A program made the translations under genes and the position numbers. Positions 15,484-24,872 of a DNA stretch of 36,658 bases are shown one piece after another. Each line of letters begins with the position of its first letter. The stretch's first letter is position 1. Source of the stretch: Candidatus Nanoanaerosalina archaeon (GTDB taxonomy: Archaea > Nanohalarchaeota > Nanosalinia > Nanosalinales > Nanoanaerosalinaceae); assembly GCA_022729275.1 (NCBI GenBank), contig JALDAH010000002.1:1-36658 (forward strand). The letters run 5' to 3'. The notes under the pieces are model-generated. The model had not been told where the DNA came from and ran no database searches. It worked only from the letters and a program-made list of their open reading frames with translations.

Positions 15484-15498
15484 TATAACAGTGTTATA
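15484..15498. repeat. fifth copy of the palindrome TATAACAGTGTTATA
   Basis: A perfect copy in the divergent spacer between the permease and nac genes. An ORB-like ATCTCCATATAATTTTTCAGG lies at 15412-15432. Confidence 0.85.
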
Positions 15499-15547
15499 TG
15501 ATGGTTATGATTAAAAAGTGTGGAGTTAAAATAAACTGGTGATAATT

Positions 15548-15859
15548 ATGTTTAATCCAAAGAATATGGAGAAAATGATGAAGCAGATGGGTATGAAAAC
15601 AGAAGACGTAGGCGCTAAAAAAGTTGTTGTGGATCTTGGAGATGAAGAAATGGTTTTTAATGATCCAGAACTTGTAAAAATATCTGTTAAAGGGAAGGAT
15701 ATGTTCCAGTTACAGGGAAAATTTACAAAAAAGGGAAAAGGACCTTCCGAAGAGGATATAGAGCTTGTTTCTGAAAAGGCGGGCGTTTCGAAGGAAGAAG
15801 CAAAGAATGCTCTTGAAGAGCATGAAGATATTACAGACGCGATAATGAGCCTGAAATAA
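15548..15859 (+). CDS. nac: nascent polypeptide-associated complex protein (NAC domain plus UBA)
   Basis: MFNPKNMEKMMKQMGM ... a NAC beta-barrel segment ... and a C-terminal UBA-like EEDIELVSEKAGVSKEEAKNALEEHEDITDAIMSL. GGTGA lies 6 nt upstream of the ATG at 15548. Confidence 0.85.
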   Translation: MFNPKNMEKMMKQMGMKTEDVGAKKVVVDLGDEEMVFNDPELVKISVKGKDMFQLQGKFTKKGKGPSEEDIELVSEKAGVSKEEAKNALEEHEDITDAIMSLK

Positions 15860-15863
15860 AATA

Positions 15864-17507
15864 TTAAACATCCAATATATCTAGGGCAGTAGCATATGCA
15901 GGTCTTGTGACTGATATTCCTACTATAACACCTATTATAGTTGTGATTGCGAAACCTCTTACAGCTCCTGCACCAATAGTCATTACAGGTATCATAGCCC
16001 CTATCGTGGATGCTGCTGAAGTGAAAATTATGAAGAAAGCTCTTTTCACTCTCTTCTTTAACGATTTAATTCTTTCTCTAGTCCTTTCATCAGTAATAAT
16101 AATCTGATCGTCAACTCCTGTACCCACAGCCGAGATAATGCCTGCTATAGCTGCAAGATCCAAACCTGTGGAAAATCTTATCATACCTATCAAAAACAGA
16201 GATACTACAGGAAGCATCAACACAGTAAAATCGCTTTGTTTGAAACCTGTTATTAAACCTATTATTGTTGGCACACCAATGACAAGAAATATTATGCTCA
16301 TCCCTCTTGCTGTTTCGAAAAGGTGAGAACCATCTGCGAATATCCCTATCATTATGAACACTTCCGAAAAACCTGTGATTATTATAGGTAGCGCGACCTT
16401 TGGAGTGTTGTACCTGATAAATATCAGTAATCCGACACCGATTACAGCGAAAAATATAGCTGTCAGTGCAACTCTCATAAACTCTTCTCCCAGAACCGCT
16501 GAAACAGTATCGGTTGAAGATATAGAGATAGGAACAGGCAAAGCACCTGACTCAAGAACTGATTTAAGTGCATTCATCTGCTCTTTTGCTTCTTCTCTTG
16601 TTGGTTCTCCACCACTTATCGATGGTTCTGTTACAACCCTATCTCTAAATACCGAACCAACGTTTAAAGAGCTTACTACATTGTTGTCAAGTATTAAAAC
16701 AAGCTGAGTTCCTTGTAAATAAGTTGTTTCATCTCCTGGAGCAACCCCTCCTGCTTCGAAGTTCTGTGCAAGATCCCTAAATCGTTCAGCTGCTGACCTG
16801 TCTATAGATACTTGGAACTGGAATGGGAAGTTTCCGTTTTGTTCTCTACCAACACCCGATCTGGAAGGAGTTATATCAACTCCTGTTATGTCTTCTCCTT
16901 TGTACGCTACTAACCTCAAATTATAGTTTCCTTCTTCTGTTAAATTCACAAATTCAACAGGAACACTGTATTCAGAACCCTCAACTTCTTTCTCCTCACC
17001 TACCATGATTTCTGTATTTCCAAGAACAATCGATTCGTTCCGTCCTTCAAGTTCAAATTCTGAACCTCCTAATAAAATAATGTCTCCGTGTTCTGCTTCC
17101 ATTGAAAGGGAAGCCTTGAAGACACCTTCACTATCTATAACATTTTTAAGTTCTTCTGTTGTGGCTCCAGCCATCTCCATCTGGATAAATTCCTGGTCTG
17201 CTGTTAAACTATTTACTTGACGTATGGTCATATCTTCCAGCCCATAAGCGTCAACCCTCGTCCTTAAAATCCTTATAGTCTGTTCTATAGTACTTTGTCT
17301 TTCTTCATAAGGAACATCAGATAGGTCAGGTTCGATGAGTATCCTTGCACCCCCTGCAAGATCCAATCCCTGTATAATATTAGTGTCTAACCTGGTTGTG
17401 CCGTCCTCTGCTTCAATATAATGAGGACCTATAGCTACTAGAGCACCCATTAAGGCGGTTATAAGCATCCAGATCCGCCATTCTTTCAATAATTCTTTGA
17501 GCACCAT
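15864..17507 (-). CDS. secD: protein-export membrane protein SecD
   Basis: It has an N-terminal TM segment, a GLDLAGGARILIE motif, a large periplasmic-type domain and C-terminal TM helices. It lies immediately downstream of secF. Confidence 0.85.
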   Translation of the reverse strand: MVLKELLKEWRIWMLITALMGALVAIGPHYIEAEDGTTRLDTNIIQGLDLAGGARILIEPDLSDVPYEERQSTIEQTIRILRTRVDAYGLEDMTIRQVNSLTADQEFIQMEMAGATTEELKNVIDSEGVFKASLSMEAEHGDIILLGGSEFELEGRNESIVLGNTEIMVGEEKEVEGSEYSVPVEFVNLTEEGNYNLRLVAYKGEDITGVDITPSRSGVGREQNGNFPFQFQVSIDRSAAERFRDLAQNFEAGGVAPGDETTYLQGTQLVLILDNNVVSSLNVGSVFRDRVVTEPSISGGEPTREEAKEQMNALKSVLESGALPVPISISSTDTVSAVLGEEFMRVALTAIFFAVIGVGLLIFIRYNTPKVALPIIITGFSEVFIMIGIFADGSHLFETARGMSIIFLVIGVPTIIGLITGFKQSDFTVLMLPVVSLFLIGMIRFSTGLDLAAIAGIISAVGTGVDDQIIITDERTRERIKSLKKRVKRAFFIIFTSAASTIGAMIPVMTIGAGAVRGFAITTIIGVIVGISVTRPAYATALDILDV

Positions 17508-18407
17508 TTATATCTTCCCTTCATCGTACATTTTTAGTATCGCTGCGTTTCCAAGCCATGTTATCGGCATGTCTATAGCCAAACCCATTATCATAACTGC
17601 CGCTATCTGGTCGAGAACAGGTGAAGTCGATACCAGTAAAAGTATTGTGAACGCCAGTATTCCTCCTGAAGACATAGTTGTACCTGTTGCTATGGAATCC
17701 CTGATTCTTTCCTTCAGACTACCCTCTCTCTGTTTTAATACTCTGGTCGATAGAACTATGTCTGTATCAACAGAATAACCGATAAGCATTAAAAGAGCGG
17801 CAAGAGATCCCAGAGTAAGGTTTATACCTATTATATTCATACCAGCCATCGCAAACATTATAATTGAAACAGCGGATAATATGACTGCTATCGAAGGTAT
17901 AAATGACCTGAACGCCACAAATATCGCCGTTGACATGATTAAAAATGCGATGAGAACAGCTAATTGTGCTTCAAATAGGAAACCTTCCGAAACAGCAGCC
18001 CCCATAGTACTAACATTTATCTCTCCAAAATCTTCTATTCCTGCATCTATAAGGATTTGCTCAATTTCCGTCCGATTTTCAATTTCGGTCTGTGTCTCAA
18101 GTATAATCCATTTTTGATCTCCTCTCGACAACTGTCTTACATTCAGATTTTCAAGTTCGCCCTCCAGAGACTCTGATATTGTATCTAGTGTAATATCTTC
18201 CGGAGCCCTGAACTGTATTTCCATTCCTCCTGTGAACTCTATTCCCAAACCCACGACATAACCTGTGTTAGCATATGTGATGCCTAATACAGTTATGGAG
18301 AAAATTATTATCGCTAGGGGAACTATCACCCATTTTTTATGATTATCAAATATGCTGCTGGTTCCCTGTTCGAACTTTTCCTTGAATTTTTCCCTAAATT
18401 TGGACAT
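17508..18407 (-). CDS. secF: protein-export membrane protein SecF
   Basis: It has a GIEFTGGMEIQF motif and six predicted TM segments. Its stop abuts the secD start. Confidence 0.85.
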   Translation of the reverse strand: MSKFREKFKEKFEQGTSSIFDNHKKWVIVPLAIIIFSITVLGITYANTGYVVGLGIEFTGGMEIQFRAPEDITLDTISESLEGELENLNVRQLSRGDQKWIILETQTEIENRTEIEQILIDAGIEDFGEINVSTMGAAVSEGFLFEAQLAVLIAFLIMSTAIFVAFRSFIPSIAVILSAVSIIMFAMAGMNIIGINLTLGSLAALLMLIGYSVDTDIVLSTRVLKQREGSLKERIRDSIATGTTMSSGGILAFTILLLVSTSPVLDQIAAVMIMGLAIDMPITWLGNAAILKMYDEGKI

Positions 18408-18462
18408 ACAGTTAAAGAGATTGGTTAACTATTTTAAATCTAACTTGTTAACCCTAATTTTA

Positions 18463-21120
18463 ATGGGCGGAATAGACAAAGGCATAGATTTTTTTAGGGA
18501 GACCCTTGAACCAAAAAAGGTTGTTTATGGAATAGTTCTTTTTGCTATATTTATTGTTGCTCTCTGGGTAAGATACATTCCTGTAGAAAACATGGATTAT
18601 ATACAGGCGCTTGATCCTTACATGATAACAAGGATGTCCGCTTCAATAGCTGAATCAGGCAGCTTACCGACTGTGGATGTTTTAAGATACTTCCCTTATT
18701 TTAATCCTGTGTACATGATAAACGAGGGAACAGTTGTTATACCGGCATTAATGTTTCAGGTCGCTAGACAATTTGGAATAGACTTTTTGACCTGGGCCCA
18801 GTTTTATCCTGCTCTTATGGGAGCTTTGGCGGTTATTCCTTTGTATTTCATTGGAAAAAAGATGTTTGATAAGAAGGCGGGTTTGTTTGCGGCTTTTTTC
18901 CTTGCCACTTCTGTTGCTGTTATGCACAGATCTTCCGCAGGATGGTTTGGTAAAGAACCTCCCGCGATGTTTTTGATGATCACATCGATCTATTTTTTCT
19001 TTAAGTCCTGGGATGAAAACAAGTGGTGGCCTGGCATAGTTTCAGGTGTTTTAATGGGTATTTCAGGAACCGCATGGGGTGGAACACGTTTCCTTTACAT
19101 GCTTTATCCCTTCACGGTGATAGGGTTTGTGGCAGTATTACCCATCCTTGCCTCGATTTTTGTAGCTGTATTTGACGGAAAAATGAAAAAATTGGAGGTT
19201 GATAGAGTTTTTAAGGCATTTGCACCTGTCGCATTGTTAGGCACTCCTATTACGATAATGCTTGATGGGTCTGCTAACACTCTTAGCTTTCCGAACGCAT
19301 ACACCTATTTCCATCTTGCTGTTCTTGGTTTTCTGGCTGCGAGATATTTTATTGAAAAGTTTGAGTTAGTATCGAAGGATAATGTTCCGTATATATCGCA
19401 TTCTCTGGTATTAATAGGAGGTCTGGCTCTTTTACTTTCTCCTGTATATTCTCAGACGGTTGCGGATACGACTTCATCAGTAATAAGTCGTGCTTTACAG
19501 GATTCTACAGGGGTTATAGGCGGAACAGTTGCTGAAAACACACCTGCTACGATCGACGAGGTTGTTGTTCAACTTGGAGCTTCCATGAGCGGAGAATTTT
19601 TCGCTGATTATTTGAGTGGCTGGACATTTGGACTGATAGGTATAGGTATCATATCTGTGTTTTTCATTTGCGCTTTCTTCAAGTATTACTTTGAGGTGGA
19701 TAAGATAGGAAAGAACGTAGTTGTTGGAGGGGTTTCAATAGCTGTTTCACTGACATCTTTGATTATTTATTACGGTCTTGATGGAGAAGGCGTTTCAGGG
19801 TTTTTACCTGCTATAGTGTTAACTACAATAACAACTTCATCTGTTTTCGTATATAACTCCTTCACAGACAAAGAAATGGAACAGTGGAAGACCGTTATTT
19901 TGATGTTCTGGTTAGCAATTTTCATTATATCGGTTTTTCTGGGACAAATTCTCCTTGTGGCTATTTTAGGAGCATTACAAGGCATTTTCCTAGCTTTTCA
20001 AAGAGGAGAAAAGATCACGGTAGAGTTCGAATGGTCGTATCTCATAATTTTTGTCTGGATAGCATCAACAATATATGGGGCTACAAGAAGATCAAGACTT
20101 TTCATACTCACAGGAGCCCCTGTGGCACTTGTAGCCGGTCTGGGAGTTTCTAAATCAATAGACTATGTCAGAAGCTGCAATTTCTGGGATACTTTTAGAG
20201 ATAATATAAATCTAGTTTTAATGGGTTTGTTCTTGACTGCTTTTTGTGTTTCTATGATAACTGTGAATTTATCGGCCGTAAACGCAAGGGCCGACCGTTT
20301 GGGAGGATCTCCGGAACAGCCATGGTACGAGGCTTTTGAATATATGAGGGAGGAAACTCCAGAAGGATCGGTCATGCTTTCATGGTGGGACTACGGTTAC
20401 TGGACTCAGTCCATAGGCGAAAGACCCACTATAGCGGACGGAGGAAATCACTTCCATTACAGGAACGAAAATATCACCGAAAGAGTAAATTATCCTATAG
20501 CGGATTTCCTATCATCTAGCGAACCCGAAAATCACACCGACTGGCTTGAAATGTACGGCGCCGACTATATTTTCCTTGACAGAACCATGATAGGAAAGTA
20601 TTCCGCGGTATCTCAGATAGCTCACAGGTCTAATGAGGAATTCTACAGAATGCAGGAGTTGAACTGCGTTTTTGATGAGAATACCGGATCATGCAAGATA
20701 TCTCAGCTGGAAGACAACACAGTTATACATTATGATATGGGTGGAGAAATGGAACTTCTGCTGCCTTTGGATTTTATGGAGGAAGAAATACAGTTCACCT
20801 CAACACCTGTTATTCGGTATCCTGGAGAAACAAGAAAGGTGGCCAATATTTGTTCTGAACAGGGCCTGATAAATTTTGAGGAAGGCGGATCAACAGGAGG
20901 AATTGAGGAAGCGTTTGGAGAAACTTTTCAGGAGGAAAAACCCTTTGGGGGCTGCGTTTCTGTACATCCTTTCTATGGACCGTCAACACTTGTTATGGTG
21001 CCACCAGCTATAATGGATTCCACCTTTGTTAGGTTGTATCTTATGGACGGTCAAGACATAGATTTTGTTGAGAAAGTGTTTGATAACGGCTATGTAAAGA
21101 TGTGGGAGATAGAGAGGTGA
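18463..21120 (+). CDS. aglB: dolichyl-phosphooligosaccharide-protein glycotransferase AglB (STT3 family)
   Basis: It has a multi-TM N-terminal half followed by the WWDYGYW motif (WWDYG) and a soluble C-terminal domain. The ATG at 18463 is preferred because the track start at 18352 overlaps secF. Confidence 0.9.
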   Translation: MGGIDKGIDFFRETLEPKKVVYGIVLFAIFIVALWVRYIPVENMDYIQALDPYMITRMSASIAESGSLPTVDVLRYFPYFNPVYMINEGTVVIPALMFQVARQFGIDFLTWAQFYPALMGALAVIPLYFIGKKMFDKKAGLFAAFFLATSVAVMHRSSAGWFGKEPPAMFLMITSIYFFFKSWDENKWWPGIVSGVLMGISGTAWGGTRFLYMLYPFTVIGFVAVLPILASIFVAVFDGKMKKLEVDRVFKAFAPVALLGTPITIMLDGSANTLSFPNAYTYFHLAVLGFLAARYFIEKFELVSKDNVPYISHSLVLIGGLALLLSPVYSQTVADTTSSVISRALQDSTGVIGGTVAENTPATIDEVVVQLGASMSGEFFADYLSGWTFGLIGIGIISVFFICAFFKYYFEVDKIGKNVVVGGVSIAVSLTSLIIYYGLDGEGVSGFLPAIVLTTITTSSVFVYNSFTDKEMEQWKTVILMFWLAIFIISVFLGQILLVAILGALQGIFLAFQRGEKITVEFEWSYLIIFVWIASTIYGATRRSRLFILTGAPVALVAGLGVSKSIDYVRSCNFWDTFRDNINLVLMGLFLTAFCVSMITVNLSAVNARADRLGGSPEQPWYEAFEYMREETPEGSVMLSWWDYGYWTQSIGERPTIADGGNHFHYRNENITERVNYPIADFLSSSEPENHTDWLEMYGADYIFLDRTMIGKYSAVSQIAHRSNEEFYRMQELNCVFDENTGSCKISQLEDNTVIHYDMGGEMELLLPLDFMEEEIQFTSTPVIRYPGETRKVANICSEQGLINFEEGGSTGGIEEAFGETFQEEKPFGGCVSVHPFYGPSTLVMVPPAIMDSTFVRLYLMDGQDIDFVEKVFDNGYVKMWEIER

Positions 21121-21126
21121 TAAGGC

Positions 21127-22137
21127 GTGTGGCCCATATTTTTTTCTGTTTTGGCGGGTTTCTTTTCTACTTTGTTACTGACACATGTCTCAATTGATTT
21201 TCTTAGATCCTCAGGGATAGTTGGAAAAGACCAGCAGAAGAAAGGCAAACCTGTTCTGCCAACTTCAGGAGGAATACCTGTTCTTTTCGGATTTATGGTT
21301 TCTGTGAGCGTTTTTATAGGTTTAAGAACTTTTCTATTTGCCTCAGTTGATAATTCTCTGGTACTAGCTTCGCTATCCTCTGTACTGGTAATAGGGTTAA
21401 TAGGGTTGATGGACGACATACACGTTAAAAACGACGCTGAAATGGTTAAAATGGAAAGCCAATTATCAGTAGGTTTCAGAAAAGGCTGGGTAAAACCCCT
21501 GTTGGTAGTGCCTGCTGCACTTCCACTGATGGTGGTTAGAGCCGGCCAATCATCGATGTTATTCCCGTTTATAGGTTCTGTGGACTTCGGGATTTTATAT
21601 CCTCTTATACTAATACCTATTGGTGTCATATGTGTATCCAATGGAACTAACTTGTTAGCAGGCCAGAACGGTCTTGAAGCAGGTACAGGCGCCATAGCGC
21701 TTTTTTCTATCGGTGTTTTTTCCTTAATCCACAACCATGTTGAGGCAGCTATTCTTTCTCTTTCGATGTCTTTTTGTCTTCTGGCCTTTTTAAAGTACAA
21801 TTTTTACCCTGCAAAGATTCTTCCCGGCGATTCCCTGACATTCTCTTTTGGAGCGGTTATTGCAGCTTCAGCGATAATAGGGAACGTTCAAAGATTCGCT
21901 GTGGTGGTTTTCATTCCCTGGATTATAGAGGCATTTCTTAAACTAAGATCCGGATTTAAAGCAAGCTCTCTTGGTAACCTTCAGGAAGACGGCTCTCTAA
22001 AATCAAAACATGACAAGATATACTCTTTAAGCCATATCTTCATGAGGATGGAGGGCATGACAGAGAAAAAAATTGTTCTGAGGATGTACCTCTTGGAAAC
22101 CATAATCTGTATTTTGGCGTTTTTAATCTTTTTGTAA
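21127..22137 (+). CDS. UDP-GlcNAc:dolichyl-phosphate GlcNAc-1-phosphate transferase (AglH/Alg7, MraY-WecA superfamily)
   Basis: It has a polytopic TM layout with GLMDDI and NGTNLLAGQNGLEAG motifs. It starts with GTG, 6 nt after the aglB stop. Confidence 0.8.
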   Translation: MWPIFFSVLAGFFSTLLLTHVSIDFLRSSGIVGKDQQKKGKPVLPTSGGIPVLFGFMVSVSVFIGLRTFLFASVDNSLVLASLSSVLVIGLIGLMDDIHVKNDAEMVKMESQLSVGFRKGWVKPLLVVPAALPLMVVRAGQSSMLFPFIGSVDFGILYPLILIPIGVICVSNGTNLLAGQNGLEAGTGAIALFSIGVFSLIHNHVEAAILSLSMSFCLLAFLKYNFYPAKILPGDSLTFSFGAVIAASAIIGNVQRFAVVVFIPWIIEAFLKLRSGFKASSLGNLQEDGSLKSKHDKIYSLSHIFMRMEGMTEKKIVLRMYLLETIICILAFLIFL

Positions 22138-22160
22138 TTCGAGATTAAAAACCTCTAATT

Positions 22161-23087
22161 ATGGACAAGTCTAAGAAGATAAGGATATTTGTCAGTTTTT
22201 TAGTTATCATAGTAGGTTTTTACTATGTTTTTACCGGAGTGGCTTTTTCCGATGTTTTTCAGGTAATAAAAGGTCTGAACCCTTTGATGCTCCTCGGTTT
22301 TTTTTCTGTTCAGCTATTTATCACGCTTCTTATGAGTTATCGGTGGAAGTGTGTGATAGGGGAAAAAGGAGTCGATCTTGGCCTTTGGGACTCGTTTAGA
22401 TACTACAATATTTCGTTTTTCGTCAATTTTTTTCTACCGGCTCGTGCAGGAGATCTTTACAGAGGTTATTTATCATCCAAAAAAGACTTTATCGATTCTT
22501 CTCTGATAGTTTTGAAGGAAAGATTATTCGATTTGATTGTGCTGATGTTTTTCTTCTCTGTTCTTGTAATTACGATTTTCGAAAGCTTTACAGGTTATCT
22601 GGCGATTCTTTTCATGGTTTTATTGGCAGGAATATTTACATACTTTTTTATTGAAAAAAAAGAGGAACTGCCTGTTCTTAACAATTGGTATGTCTTGTTT
22701 CGGTCCTCCTTTATAGAAGCGGTCAAAACAAAAAGGAAAACTTTTTATCTTTTATTTACAGCGGGCATATGGTTGGTGGAAGTTTTAAAAACTTATATTG
22801 TTTTTTATGGACTAGGAATAGAGTCGGACTTGTTTTTAATCGCATTTTTCACGTTTTCTTGGTCGCTTGTAGCGGCGATACCTATAAGCCCGTCTGGACT
22901 AGGTTCTTCTGAAGCGTTAACGCTTTTCATACTGGTCTCTTACGGCATTTTAAGAACCGAAGCGGTATCATTAGTTCTAATGTATAGAGGCCTACTAGTA
23001 ACAATCACATTAATTGTTGGAGGAAGTTTCTATGTGAGGGATGTTTTGAAAAACACCGATATGAAAAGACCGATGGATCATTCGTAA
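22161..23087 (+). CDS. flippase-like membrane protein (UPF0104 / LPG-synthase TM-domain family)
   Basis: It has eight or so TM segments. The RWKCV...FFVNFFLPARAGDLYRGYL motif resembles the family signature. It sits in a glycosylation context. Confidence 0.5.
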   Translation: MDKSKKIRIFVSFLVIIVGFYYVFTGVAFSDVFQVIKGLNPLMLLGFFSVQLFITLLMSYRWKCVIGEKGVDLGLWDSFRYYNISFFVNFFLPARAGDLYRGYLSSKKDFIDSSLIVLKERLFDLIVLMFFFSVLVITIFESFTGYLAILFMVLLAGIFTYFFIEKKEELPVLNNWYVLFRSSFIEAVKTKRKTFYLLFTAGIWLVEVLKTYIVFYGLGIESDLFLIAFFTFSWSLVAAIPISPSGLGSSEALTLFILVSYGILRTEAVSLVLMYRGLLVTITLIVGGSFYVRDVLKNTDMKRPMDHS

Positions 23088-23431
23088 GGGTTTTCAAGTA
23101 TTTCCACGTCGTCCTTGTTGAAAGGGAAAATTATTTTCAACACTTCTGATACACCATCCTCCAGATTTTCGATCTGATGTGGCAGGTTAGACTCAACGAA
23201 GTGAGATTCTCCTTCGACAAGCTCGTAAAAATCGTCGTCCGCTCTTAAGTTAACAGCCCCTTTCAAAACGTATAGTATCACATTAGCCTTCCTGTGTCTT
23301 TCAAGCTCTGTCATTTCCCCAAGTTCAAGAATAGATTTCTTTACCACGAGGTTTCCGTACTTTTCCTCATTTTTTATGTCTGTGTTTATTATGAATTCTT
23401 CCGCCCCCCATGGAGTGTCTTTTTGACTCAT
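23078..23431 (-). CDS. cupin-domain protein (phosphomannose-isomerase-like small cupin)
   Basis: A 117-aa ORF. HRKANVILYVLKGAVNL ... GESHFVESNLPHQIEN is a two-motif cupin pattern. Confidence 0.55.
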   Translation of the reverse strand: MSQKDTPWGAEEFIINTDIKNEEKYGNLVVKKSILELGEMTELERHRKANVILYVLKGAVNLRADDDFYELVEGESHFVESNLPHQIENLEDGVSEVLKIIFPFNKDDVEILENPYE

Positions 23432-23465
23432 AAGAGAAATTTATGTTGAAGGATTTTAACTTTTA

Positions 23466-24872
23466 CTAAAGGTATGAAAACTTCGACATGTTCTTGTTGT
23501 GAAAACCTTTTCTATCGCTCGTCCACTCAAATAACTCCCTGTCGTACATCTTAATCAAGAAATTGATTATCTTGGTGCCTACTTCCGAACCATAAAGCTT
23601 TTCACCAGCCTTCATCCTTTTTATCAGTTCTTCGTTTTTGTACACATGTTCAACCATCATTCTAACAAACTTTCCTGAAACAGGAGGAACCAAAAGATTG
23701 GTGTTGGCCTTGAAAACAGTTTCAGGTCTGTCCGTATTAAATCTAACAGTCATGCAGAGCGTTTCCTCTATATGGTTCAGTTCTTCCTGCATGCTCCCGG
23801 AGTCTGTCAATGCAGCGAAACACTTACCTGATTTAAAAAATTCGTATACATGCGCATGTTTTTTCCAAAGACCCGTAAATAGAAAGTTTTCATGGTTTTT
23901 TCCCAACCTTTCTATTTTCTTTCTGAGATCATAAGCGTCCAGAGCTTTTTTTGTTGCGTTCATCTCAACGAAGTTCACGTTGAAACCTCTCTCAACCAAT
24001 TCGATTACACCTTCTATTATGGCGGAAAATCTTCCTGGCTGTAGGTTCGCTCTTCTGTGTATATCTACACGAATCCAGTCATCTCTTTTTTCGAGTTCGG
24101 GGTAAACATCGAATACCGATTCTTCAGAAGGAGCCATAGTTTTCATCTGTATAGCATCCACTACGGAGTTGCCCACGACCTCCATGTTTTTTCTTCCACC
24201 TGACTCTTCGTGATAGCCTTCCCTTAAAAGGTGTTCTTTGTTCGTTTTAGTTGGAGGGAAGAGGTACTGTGATCCAGCAGAACCAATGAATGTGTTGTAC
24301 TGTTCCGGGAAGGGTTCGTTTCTTTCAAGTTCCCACTCTCCATCGAACTGTTTATCTATGAACTCTGTTATAGGGTAAAAATCAGTTGTTTTTGGAGCCA
24401 TACCTCTTAGTCCTGCCTCATTATGAGCTGATTTCTGATTTGTGGCAAACATCCACGCCTGAGGAACTATGCCTGCTGCTAGCGTGTCTCCGTGCACTAT
24501 AGGAAGAATTTTTTTCCCATCATATTTTCTCAGGTGCTCGGCAAGTTTCTTAGTTTTTATCATTATCTCTGCGGTTTTCTGGCTTAAACCTCCTCTTATA
24601 TTCAGATTAGCGCCTAAATTATTGTTAAGACCGTATTCTTCCATTCCATGGCTCAAAAGTTCGTCGTAATGCTGCCCTGTGTGTATAACAAAAGAAGGCA
24701 CATCAAAGTTCTTTGCTGCTTCCATCAAAGGAGCTTGTTTGTAAAAATCCGGTTTTGTGGATGTTACGATCGCTAGTACGAAATCTCCTTTTTCCATTTG
24801 TTTCTCGATCAGTTCTTCATGTATCTTTATTCCTTTTTCCATTTTACCACTTAGTTGCCAAAATCTTTCCAT
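23466..24872 (-). CDS. UDP-N-acetylglucosamine 2-epimerase-like enzyme
   Basis: It has the HTGQHYD motif and a GT-B-like two-domain length. The true start may be the ATG at 24842, which would remove the 22-nt overlap with the upstream gene. Confidence 0.7.
   Translation of the reverse strand: MERFWQLSGKMEKGIKIHEELIEKQMEKGDFVLAIVTSTKPDFYKQAPLMEAAKNFDVPSFVIHTGQHYDELLSHGMEEYGLNNNLGANLNIRGGLSQKTAEIMIKTKKLAEHLRKYDGKKILPIVHGDTLAAGIVPQAWMFATNQKSAHNEAGLRGMAPKTTDFYPITEFIDKQFDGEWELERNEPFPEQYNTFIGSAGSQYLFPPTKTNKEHLLREGYHEESGGRKNMEVVGNSVVDAIQMKTMAPSEESVFDVYPELEKRDDWIRVDIHRRANLQPGRFSAIIEGVIELVERGFNVNFVEMNATKKALDAYDLRKKIERLGKNHENFLFTGLWKKHAHVYEFFKSGKCFAALTDSGSMQEELNHIEETLCMTVRFNTDRPETVFKANTNLLVPPVSGKFVRMMVEHVYKNEELIKRMKAGEKLYGSEVGTKIINFLIKMYDRELFEWTSDRKGFHNKNMSKFSYL

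Noticed and set aside
15907-18117. Plus-strand ORFs inside secD and secF (for example 16354-16707, 17497-17778)
   Set aside because: They are antisense shadows. The hydrophobic mirror frames are typical opposite membrane-protein genes.
21090-21800. 236-aa minus-strand ORF antisense to the AglH-like gene
   Set aside because: It is a shadow ORF opposite a membrane-protein gene with clear family motifs. Its translation has no recognisable features.
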